From Marsupella aquatica (taxonomy: Eukaryota; Plantae; Marchantiophyta), in the NCBI GenBank assembly GCA_973895155.1, contig OZ316892.1:12898238-12962237 (forward strand): a DNA stretch of 64,000 nucleotides. The letters are read 5' to 3'. Within the stretch, counting starts at the first letter, position 1. Each line of letters begins with the position of its first letter. Of the stretch, positions 13,581-25,000 are shown piece by piece. The notes below the pieces were generated by a model. It did no database searches and was not told where the DNA came from. It saw nothing but the letters and a program-made list of their open reading frames with translations. The translations under genes and the position numbers were made by a program.

Positions 13581-16251
13581 TGCAAACCCCATACAATGCC
13601 TGTGAGTCCGTGTACAGCCTGTAGGTCGAGATTGTCGGGCTATCCATGCACGGAGGTAAGCCCAGAGGCTTACTTTGCTACACGCCTAGCTGTGATCCGA
13701 TCCTGCCTTGAGTGGTGAATAAGATCCCATGGAATGATGGCCAAGGGTCTTAGTTTATTGTGTCATCAGCTGGGGTCATTCTGGATACCTTCGTGGTCCT
13801 TCTCTTCTCAGCCATTTTGGCGAAGTGCGCGGATATCTACGAGTCATTTCCAACCTCTTGGTCCTTTGTGAACTTGACCCCTTCTTCCTACAAGCGTTGT
13901 TCCTCTGGTCAAGTGTGCCACACTTTCGTACCATTGTGTGATAGTGACATCGTCTTGGGTTGCGAGGACAGGTACGGAGGTTGGTTTTCCCTTACTGTTA
14001 ATTATGTCAATCAACTATGAATGTCTGATTGTACTGAACAAATGCCTATACGCCTTATTGCTATCCATCAGCAATGCAAGGCTCAAATCTGTAGCTAATT
14101 AGACTATTTTATCAATTATGCCTTCGGTTCTTTGTGTTGACTATCTACACTAGCCACCAAACTTGCCAATCTTAATTGAGATAGTGCAATCCTTAATTGA
14201 GATAGTGCAATCCCCAGTGATTGCACTTAGTTGAATAGTGCTTGCACTGGATTCACAATCATAGACCCGCAGTATTGGAAGTGATGGAAATCATAGTCCC
14301 AATCATGATGGTCAATCCAATCCTCACCAAAGCTGTCTATCTGCCCATGTACATTCAAAGCATCACTTCAAGTCACTTGCTACCACAATTACCTCATTCT
14401 CAATGAGCTTAAACCCATCAGTTGTAGCTTCAGCTTGTGCTACCACCATCTCCACTCCCAAACCGCTCATGTCTTTCACTCTTGGTCCGGAGTACAGGTC
14501 AGTCACAGTCAATCAATCCGCTGTAGCCATAAACAATGAGCAACAACAATAGTTCAGACTGCCAAATTCACAATAAAAGCAGCTGCAAATTTAATGGGAC
14601 TACATATCACTGTCTGCGTTCACCTGGTTGTTCGAAGATAAATCCTCCTCCTCGTTCTTGAATGACCTATTTGGAACCTTGTCCTCACATGACCTTCTCA
14701 CCCATGTGAGTCCTTGGCTTATTCTCCCGTAGATCTTGCTGATCAACTAGCTGGCCTTCTTAGTTTAGACAAACTAATATCAATTAGGTGTGCACATACC
14801 CGTTTTAGAGGCCCCTTGTCTCTTTGCATTTACTTTTTGCGTGTGTCAGATTGATTCATGTCATAATTATCCGTTAGGGTATCCAGGGGCTTCATTGTGC
14901 CCTATTTTGTTTAGCTCCTCCCATTTAGGAGTTTAATCATGAGAACTCTGATAAATGCAAGTTTCCTACATACCTTTTTCTTGAATCTTTCTGTCTCCTC
15001 CTAACAAGGATTTTGATGAAATTAATCCCCAAATTACCCAAGTATAATGTCCCAGCTGCGGATTGTCCTTCACCACCGAGTGACCTTTTGCAGAGGACAA
15101 CATGATTAGTTGCAGATCTACTGGGGCGTCCCATGTATGTCCTTGTGGTGTCTTGAGCATAGCTAACTACTGTAACTGCCATCTTAGACATTCCCTAAAT
15201 CTTGCCCTAAATTTAAGCCCTTGCTGAAATTTGTATTTACAGATTGGAAGATGTTTATCACCCGGTTTATCAAAATAAGTATGAAGAGAATAGGCTGCAA
15301 ATACTTCACTTAGAGAGAATGCATTCTACAAGCTGTAGGGGTCATTTTTTTGCATGACTTGACACTCAAGGTGGAAAGTTTCAAAAAGTAACTCATGGTT
15401 CTCTTTTGTCTAAGGAAGTGTCCAAATAAGAGCCTAAATTGGTTCAGTTAGACTACCTGCAAGCAGAGGAGTGTTGCAATCCATTGTCCAACTATAGTGG
15501 GCCTGTTGGGGTGGAAGAGCCTTTGAAAATTCCAAGTGACAGCTTAAAGTAGGGCCCCTGCCATGTCTTATAGACTGGCTTACCATGCACCTTTTGAAAA
15601 ATTTTCTGGGCCAGGTGGTGGTGTAGTAACACTGTTTTGTGCCTCTTCAACCTCCTTTGGCAGATGGGCTGAGGGCCAGGTTCCATCGAGGAGGGGGCAG
15701 GGGTACCAACTGGGCCAGGCAAGTGGCAACAAGTGGTATGATGAAAAGTGTCCTCCAACTACAGGGACTGCATGGTATGTGTGAAGGGTAGGAGGAGTAT
15801 GGTTTGCCCATCCACTCCACCTGTATGGTTACAGTCCACGCCAATTCTTATTGGCCCCCAATTTGAAACATTGATTGCAATTCTGGTACTGTCTGTACTG
15901 CAATAAAGAGAGTATATGAATACCAGGGGGTGGGGAACCGAGTACAAGTACTCCTGGCCCTTGGTGCATGGAACCTAGCCTACTTATTTCTTTCAAAATA
16001 TGTGGAAGGCAAATTTATGGTTACCTATCTCTCCAGTGTGCAATGATTTTCATCAAAGTATGTGTAACGCAAACTCAGAGTACCTACCTCTCCATTGAGT
16101 AATGATTCTTTAAAATACGTGTGACACAAACCCATTGTTAACCCATCTCTGAATTTGTCCAAGGATTTTCTCCAAAGTATGGTGGTGCTGGCTCAGTTTT
16201 GTCGTTAATCCCTTAAAGAGTCTTTCAGTTTTCGACTCTCAGAAAGAGTAG

Positions 16252-16545
16252 GCTAACCAGCAATTGAAAAAGATGACAAAATAATAATTAAACTAAAAAG
16301 AGTGGCAATGGGGGTAGATCTCCAAAAAAGAGGGCAAACAGAATACAAAGCTTGTGACACAAACATATTGCAGAGTGCTAACCACTAATTGAAAAAATGA
16401 CAGAAACATAAGAACTAACCTAAAAAGAGTGGGAGTGAGGTACATCTCCAAAAAAGAGGACAAACAGACCACAAACCTTGTGACACAAACATATTGCAGA
16501 GGTGCTAACCACTAATTGAAAAGATGACAAATAATAAGGAACAAC
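16252..16545. repeat. Tandem repeat of about 125 bp (2.3 copies), with a further diverged copy at about 17030-17130
   Basis: ctaacca..aattgaaaaa.atgaca...aaaagagtgg...atctccaaaaaagagg.caaacaga..acaaa.cttgtgacacaaacatattgcaga is repeated. Confidence 0.85.
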
Positions 16546-18518
16546 TTTTAACTGAGAAGTACTTTGCCAGCATTTCTAAAGGCATTCTAATTGACAATAC
16601 TACCCCATTTTTCTTTATGCATAAATATGTCACAGTCTTGTATATAAATCACAAGCTCACCAACACAACCAAAGGAACCATATTCAATAATGACATATGT
16701 ATAGATACACAGATAATTGTAAATCTACAACTATAATAAGGGATCCTATTTTTTTTTGTCCATCATCCCAATATAAAAAAGTTCCTGGGCAGGAAAGATC
16801 CACAGCTAGGGATTTTATTATTATTTTTTCCCTAACCATAAATGAAAGAAATATGCACCCCTGACACATATGTGCTTCAGGCTTCTCCATAAATATCTTG
16901 GCCCTACTCCCTATGGGCTGGCCCTCCTTGCACACTGCAAGGCATTGGCATAGTACAAGGCATTGGCATAGGGTTGGTTAAAATATATTTAGTGACAGTG
17001 TACTTAAAAGTTGTAATTAATTAATATAACAAGTGGCAATGGGGTGAAGTAAAGTAGATATGCGAAAAAGAGGGCGAATGAGACACAAACCTTGTAATAA
17101 CAAAAACATATTGCGGAAAGCCTAATTGCGTAGCCGTCGCCATAGCGGATGTCACGTCCACGCGCAAACCGAGAACTGGCCCACAAACAGTCACCAACGA
17201 ATCGAGCGACCAAAGATTGGAAACGAATAGGGAGAGCAACCGTTGGACGGAGAAGCGATGCCTTCAGTCGGGATCTATGAATCTATCACTCCACAGCAAA
17301 GCCCAGAGAGACACAGAGAGTTACTGTACTTGAAGCTTCATTGAGCTTCATTGAGCTTAAAAAATATCGACTGACTCGTCCAGTTCTGGAACTGTTGTCG
17401 TCTTCAATTCCGTCGTCGGTCTCTTCCTCCTGATCGCATCAAGCGTTTCGCGCCATTTGATCCCCAGAGGACGAGGCATTGTCGACTCCATAGTTCTATC
17501 CGGATAAAGATGGACGTGGGGATTCAACAGTGGCCCATGGTAGCCGGGGTGTCGTGTGGAATGGGCTCCTGGGACTATTAGGAGACTGAAAGCCTCAAAG
17601 TGGAGGGCAACACTAGAGGCGTTTGCAGGCTCCGGGAGGAGATCGGGCGGGGGAGCCAATGGCTGTAGCTGCAATTGTCTTGCACGGCAGAGAGTTATTA
17701 GATTGATGTTGGTGAATTCGACGCCTAGCCTGGTAGCTGGTCCACGGGATTCATTTGCTGCAAGCACTCCTGCCTGTTGTTCTTGAGTTGAATAGAATTG
17801 AAAGGACGCTGCCTCTCGATTTCGGCTGTAGAATTAGTGAAGACCTGCATATGGGTTGGACATAGTAGCACCCTGATACGAGGTGAATTTACACATGCCG
17901 GACGCTGTTGCTGTCCTGCAGATGACGGGAAACACTGAGGATAAGCGGCGAGGAGGATAGGCGCTCAAGAAATTTAGGAGGCGGAAAATTTGCTGTTAGG
18001 TTACCGTACGAGGAGTTGTTTCTGTCATAATTCAGCGAATAAGAACGGCGCCTGTCTGAGCAATTGGGAGGCGATGGCGGTTTTTAATAGGGTGCTGCAC
18101 TAGCAGGCGGTCTCCGGTTGTCAAAAGGATAAACAACATTTCTGTCTGTGGAAAAGATAGGCCCTAATGAGTCCAGGAGGCTCCGATGGGGATGGTGGTG
18201 TCTGTCAACGGGCCTCCTCGAGTGGAGCGAACAGTGAGAATCGCGACTTACACTTGAGAATCTACAAATCGTGCCTAGGCTTCTGTTAAAGGCTGATTTC
18301 AATCCTGATGGGTCAATCCCCGGCAGAATCCAGGTGAATCAGTGAACGATTTGTCACCCGGTTAGTGTCATGCATTTGCAGCAGCTGACAGTCGTTGTTA
18401 TTGGTCTTTGGAGGGTGGGATTTTAGAGAAGTGGTCTTGCAACAGTGTGGCCCATTTAGGGTATCTGGCACAGGTCGTGGGACAGCTCGTGTTCCAGCGA
18501 GCAGATTTGGGAACAAAG

Positions 18519-19205
18519 ATGACTTCAGAAGATGGGATCGAGTGTCCAGTGTGCTGGGAGGGATTCAACGATGAGGAGTGTACTCCGTACGTGCTATGGT
18601 GCGGCCATTCCTTGTGCAGAAATTGCGTCGTGGGATTGCAGTGGGCGGTGATTAGGCTCCCACTATGTCCCATACAGTTGCCCCTCTTCATTGCCTGCCC
18701 TTGGTGCCAATTTCTCACCTTGCGCATGACCTGGAAGGGGACACTGAAGTACCCTTGCAAGAATTTCTTTTTACTGTGGATCGTCGAAAGCCTCAAAGGA
18801 GAAAATGTGAGACAGAGACCCCAGGTGGATTCAGCGAATGTGGTCACCTCGACACTAGTCCGGTCCGTGCCGAACATAACCCATAATCTCCGTCCGAGAC
18901 ACCGGCCGGTAGAGCAGCAGCAGAGACCCAATAGGAGTTTTCTGGGGGCCATTCTTCAAGGGGGTTGGAATTTCGCTCAGTGGCAGCTGTTTTTTGCCAG
19001 AATTCTGGCTAACACTGCTCAGATCGCTGCAAAGTTGCCTCTGGTTTTTCTCTTCTTGTTCATTGTTTGTTACGTGTTACCTTTCAGCACTTTAGTTCTT
19101 GCGCTCTATGTTGTCATCACCATAGTATTTGCAGTGCCGTCGTTTTTGGCCGTCTATTTTTCTTACCCTAGTCTTGACTGGCTTGCTCGAGAGATAGTCA
19201 CCTGA
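18519..19205 (+). CDS. RING-type zinc finger protein with C-terminal transmembrane region (putative E3 ligase), intronless CDS
   Basis: ECPVCWEGFN..PYVLWCGHSLCRNC..CPWC..KNFFLLWIVES is a conserved plant RING family signature. The C-terminus is hydrophobic. The first in-frame ATG is at 18519. Confidence 0.9.
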   Translation: MTSEDGIECPVCWEGFNDEECTPYVLWCGHSLCRNCVVGLQWAVIRLPLCPIQLPLFIACPWCQFLTLRMTWKGTLKYPCKNFFLLWIVESLKGENVRQRPQVDSANVVTSTLVRSVPNITHNLRPRHRPVEQQQRPNRSFLGAILQGGWNFAQWQLFFARILANTAQIAAKLPLVFLFLFIVCYVLPFSTLVLALYVVITIVFAVPSFLAVYFSYPSLDWLAREIVT

Positions 19206-21625
19206 TTCTTCATCCTGTCCAGGACTGAGTGATCAGTCAAATTTCAGAAGTGCTTGACGCATTCATAAGGCAGTGTGCCAGCCTTCCCTGTTCATATCGG
19301 TGCCATTTTTCATCGCTGAAGTAATGCTATCTAGCTAGCCGGCTTGTAAATGGAAAAGCATCTCGTCTTCAGACAGACATGATGTGCTTTTATCTTCTCT
19401 TGCAACTTCTGTGGCAACTTCAGTCTAGTCTGCATTATGTAAGCTGAGGTGCCTCGCCTGTCAGCAATGTAGAACAGCAAGCGGAGCCGCGCCCTTGCCA
19501 GCAGAGTCCTAGGGGCTTTTCCCAGAGCTCATATTTCTCAATGAATAAAAGTTGTGGGGTTCTATAATTTCGTGGCCATGCTGATGAAGTTTACCAATGT
19601 GCGGTTGCCTCTGCAATGAGGTTAGGACCTTCACCAATGCCTTTTCTGATCTTTGGACCGTGGACAAAAGGTCTTTTGTAGAGTACAGGTTATGAGAGGA
19701 TTTTTTGCATTGTTGGAGCAAAAGCAGTCTGCTAAGAACTGCGCAACCACACATTTCGTTCGGTCTCTCTCAACGGCAAAAGTAACGAATGAAGCAAAGG
19801 TCCAAAAGCGCAGAAAAACTTCTGAGAGTCTATTGGCCACAATTCGCACTAAGTTGGTTACAGAATCGCTCCCACAGACCTCCATCTCCTCACTCAATGG
19901 GAAAGGACAAGATCCAATTGTTAACGTTACTAAAAAATGTTGTTGCTACAATGCAAACAACATGAGCACCGAACATACCGTTTGCAGGTATTGAACCTTA
20001 TTACGAACGAGTTCTTCAAAATATTGAGACTTTGGTGGCAGCTGGACATTGTTGTATAGTCGAGAACCCTAAGCTTTTCAAGCTGAAGCGATTGGTTTGC
20101 CAGACAGGCAAGCGGTGTCAATCTTGTCCAGCAAAAAAAGGGGGAAAAATAATAATAAAATATACAACAATGTCAATCTTGTCCAGGTAATCAAGCTGGA
20201 AGTAAGTTGATCGTAGACTCTTTCATATAGTCGGGACCTGAAAAAATGGTATGATGGTGTATATGTCTGCAGTAATTCAACCTCCATAAAAGTGCTAATG
20301 ACAATTGTTTTCTCCCGTCATACAAGTTTGGGAGCCCTGCACTCGTGACATTCACGTTGATTTGGAATTTGAGCTCGGTACCACCCATAAACTGCTTTGA
20401 TTGGATGGAAACCATACTGCAATCTCTCTGACACTCAATGTGAAGCATCTAAGTCATAAGCTTGCGAATTGATAACCTTTCGAGCCTAGCATAGTGTGAT
20501 TCGGCACCTCAATCCAATTTGCCCAAGGCTGAGTGTGTGCTTTGTTATCGACCTCCCGGTCAAAACTGTTCTGGGCTGCATGCGGGAATTTTACTGGGAC
20601 GTGCCATCACGATCGAGAGAACAGTACCTTTTTCCAGGATCAATCTAGACCGTCCCTTCGGCGACAGCATCCACGGCCAGCTGTCAAACCAAATCCTTGA
20701 AACGGATTCGAGAGGACAGTACCTTTTTCCACGATCAATCTCGACCGTCCCCCTTAAAAATGGAGGGCCATATTTCATAAATAATCTGAATCTTAAACGA
20801 GTTAAACTAACTCCGTTAAACGGAATCCTAATGTTGGATTAGATTTCATCCCAAACTTTTGAACTCGGGTCCCACAATGCGTTTTATATATTAGGGACAT
20901 GTAAAAAATACACCCCTTGCAGTTACTATATTTACATTGAGTACATTGTCACATTTTTTAAAATTATATACTTTCCACTTTTTTTATAAATATTATTTTA
21001 AATCAATTTTTTTCATCTTGGATTAGATAAGATAACTTTGATTAGTTTGGAATGATCCAATGCTCAATATATGGCAAGTTTGTTGTCATCAGATGGTCAT
21101 CACGGTCCCCAAGTTGACCTCAGCACCCGGTGTCACCCTCGTCTAGGGCAAAGGAGGAAGTGGGCAAGGGGACAGAGCAAAGGCTTTAGGGAGATTTGCC
21201 CCAATGTTAGCTCTATCAGGCTTTTCAGTTTTCCGCTCAGTAGGGTGTTTGCCTTCATGGCTCCTTTGTTGGTTCCCCTTTTTTGGCTGGGGTCCCCTTG
21301 GCTTGTTTGTCTTGGGGCCCTTTCTCCCTTTTCCTTCCCTTCGTTGGGTTGCTTTGCCTTTGGGATCATGTTTCCCGGTTTGGCATTTTTTGCCCTTGGG
21401 CAGTGTGATATATAAAATGTCAAGAGTTAGAAAGGGTGTTCAGCTAGAGGGAAGACCATCCAGTCACGAAACTATTCAACATTTGACCCTTAAATTGTCT
21501 CAAACTAATTATAGTTAGTTTGCTTAACCAGTAGTAAACCAATGGCAAATTACACATGCATACATATTTAGATAAAAACAGAGTGACAATGTAATAAATC
21601 TCAATACTCCATTCACCCAAACCAG

Positions 21626-21781
21626 CTGTATATGCTTGATGGACCCCAAAAATGAAAAGTGTTATTTGATGGAACCCCTTGGTGATCCAGGCAGTTCATA
21701 GACCTTATATCAATGTACCCAAAACTTCACACTCCCATCAAATAACACTTTTCAACTTGGAGTCCATCAAGTAAATACCTC
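21626..21781. mobile_element. MITE-like inverted-repeat element
   Basis: Left arm tgcttgatggaccccaaaaatgaaaagtgttatttgatgg is the inverted counterpart of right arm ccatcaaataacacttttcaacttggagtccatcaagta. The element is absent from the paralogous segment at about 29165-29180. Confidence 0.7.
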
Positions 21782-22085
21782 CCAAACACAATATTAGCCA
21801 TTGTTGTCTTGCTCATAGATTTTCAGATCTTGACACGACATTAAAATGGGGTGAAAGTAGTAAACTTTGGAGAGTATTTAACATCTTATGATAAAAGCGC
21901 CAACTGATGTCTACTTTTAAGAGCCTAGGTCTAGAGTGAAGCCTCTAGACCCTAACTCTATTGCCATCATGTGCATGGGAAAAACTGGTGACATGACTAT
22001 GATGTATGTCAACTGGTACATGCAAATTTTTTGTGATAATTTTTAAATATTTACATTCAAAAAAATGGCACTATGGTCTCACCAC

Positions 22086-25000
22086 TGTTAGATATTGCTC
22101 TAGTCTTGTGACTCATGAGCTAACTACAGTTAGGCTAACTTGGGTTAGGGCTTAGCTAATGTTAGCGGTAGTGCTGTTGTGCATATAGCCAGGGCTGATG
22201 CCAGACCTTGGTGGAACTTAGGCTCATTGTTACGGAGCTAGTTGAGAGATAGGGAGAGCTTGTGCTGTGGATGCTTGGTATGGCCGGTCGGCCTAGAGTG
22301 CAGTAAAGCTCTTGTGTGTTCCCATGGACGTAGCCTCATGTGGAGGTGAACCACGTATCTCTCAGTGTCGACTATTGTGCGTTGGATGGTTCATGGGCTT
22401 GCCGTTACGAATGTCGTCTGTGCTCAACAAGTGGTATCAGAGCATGCCTGGGAGGTGATGAGGTTTTTTCGTGATAGGTTTTCCAGCGTTCATTGTCGGT
22501 GGCACATTCAGAGTTTCGTCGCATGAAACTCGAATGTGTGTGGCTGAGCGGATAGGTTAGTGAGAGGGCTTTCTAACGGTGGTTAGAACTCGCTGATCAG
22601 TATCCATGGTGCAAAGGAATCGAAGTTTGCGTCGTTCAGGGTTTATTCGTGTTCGACGGTATTTTGGGGGAGAGACCAGAGTTTGAGTTTTTCAACGGTG
22701 TGAGTTGTGCGATACGGGAGGGATCGCACATTATAGCTCAAGTTGAAGGTTGATGCGAGCTGGTTGTTTCGATAGCTGAATTGCTGCCGAGTTGTTACCG
22801 AGTGCGTCGTGACGAGTGAAGGAGGCGTTCAGGGTTTTTTCACAAGCTATGGAGCTTGTTCTCATCTGAACCGGGTTTCTCTTCATGACGTCCGACTCGG
22901 TGGAAGAAGTGCGAAGTGCTACGGCTCAACGGTTTGATCGCGGTGAGGCGGTCGTTTGGAGCCCGAGATTGGCACTTGACGCGGAGTGAAGGCGTCGTGA
23001 CGAAAAGTTTTACTCTGCTGGGAGTTGCAAATTGTACCAACGCAATTCATCAACTTTACCTATTGGCGGTGATCACTTTCCTCAAGCAAACGGCAAGGCA
23101 AGAGTGTCATTTTTTTTTGGTTACTATAGGTTGATTTTTTTGTGTTTATACACACGGAGTTTAGGAGCCGCCCCGACCCTTGGCTGCCTCAGTACACGCC
23201 GGCCAATTTTTCCCCCTTTAAAACCTTCACGATACTCGGGAGCGTCGGCGTCCCTCCCCGGCGCACGGCGCCGTTTCGCCCCCCCCGAACCTGTATCAGG
23301 CTGCGTATGCAACCGTAGCTGCTCCGCTGCCATTCCTTGTTCGCCCCTTCATACACCCTGCCCACGTACTCCCGACCGTTATACAGGGTATTTTTGGGTC
23401 ATAAGGGGCTTTGCACCCCCTTTAGGACCCTATTTTTTAACCCTTTTTCCCCGGCTCTTCAAATTGGCTTTCCCGGGACCGGTGACCCGGTGTTTTAACC
23501 GCTTGGACAGGGGGAATGGCCCCCTGTGAGACCTGTTGGACTGTGCGGGAATATTCCCAAAAAACAGAGAGCTTTTTTTTGGCCGTCCGACAAAGATTCC
23601 GTGCGCCGAATGATAACTTTTTTGGTTCTTCTTCGGCGTGGTGGTGGCCACTGGAGTTAGCAATGCGGCGCACCGATCACATTGCAATTCCAATGACAAA
23701 TTGTACCCCATTTTGGTTATTCTCCGAGGTGGTCAAAACGGGGGAGTTTCCCAAGGTTTTACCCACCCCGGCCAAAATTTGAATAACTTTTCCGCCGAAT
23801 TTCAATTTTGATTTTGGATTTCAGTATTGGACTCCTAGCTTTGTGGGCTACGCGGCGGTGTTGAGTTTTGAGTTTTATGAGAAGTTTCAAAAAAAGACGT
23901 TTTTTCGTGATTGTTTCATATGAGTGACTCGGGAGGATACTGGAAGAATTGGAGAGTCTGAGGAGGAGCTGCTACCATTTTAGGAAGAACTAGTGACACC
24001 GGTACGATCACCGGTGCGACGTGCAGTGGAGGAAGCTGTACTACTACCAGAGCTGTCGGTAGTAGGGAAGAAGAGGGAGATGGCTAGATTTGGAGGAGTG
24101 AAGTTTGAGGTGGAGAAGTACGATGGTCGTACTGACTACTTGCTGTGGGAGAAGCAAGTGAAGGGTGTTCTACGGGCCATGGGCTTAGCTCATCTGCTTT
24201 CCTCGCGAGAGCAGTATGATGGAGAGGAGGAGATTTCTGTGAGACAATGGAGACAGGAGCAGATGATTGCTGTCAATGCAATGATGCTATATCTCAAGCC
24301 GCACATCATCAAGCAGCTGGATGATTATGCGGATTGCGCGTCACTGTTCAAGGCTCTAAGAGAGAAATACTATCGGGAAGATGCGTCAGACCGGTTGTAC
24401 AAGAAGTCTCTCTTGATGAGCCTTAGGCTCAAGGAAGGGAGCAAGATACAGGATCACTTGGATGAGTTTGATAATCTAGCGGTGGATCTGTCAAACCTTG
24501 GAAAAGGAGTTGAATATGAGGATAAGGCCTTGCTTCTACTAAGCTCCTTACCGCCGTCATATTAGGGCTTGAAACAGGTGCTCTTGTACAGAGATCTGAA
24601 GTCCATTTTGTATAATGAGGTGGTGAGCTCCTTGCTGTCTGATGATGCTCAGAAAAAGTTAGGTCAATCACAGATAGCATCTTCTTCTGGCACTGCACTC
24701 AATGTGAACAGGGAAAGAGCAGCGCAGCGCACGAATGGGCAGAACAGGTTTAGATCTACATCACGGGGGAGATCTAAATCCAGAGGGAAATCGCAAGAGA
24801 GGAAGCCTCTTGCATGTTGGAATTGTGGCAAGCCAGGCCACATGAAAAGCGATTGTCGAGTAAAGGTCCCTACTGCCTCTACTAACGCAACATCGAGCTC
24901 GCATGAGGTAGATTTACTTGATGATGATGACATATTGTGATGTCAAGGTTATGCCCTCAACGTAGTGTCAAATCCAGGTAGTGATGACTGGATTCTAGAT

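Noticed and set aside
13590-16200. Short ORFs and possible viral or TE coding remnants
   Set aside because: Multiple stops in the frames examined and no recognisable domain; probably old repeat debris that cannot be classified by eye.
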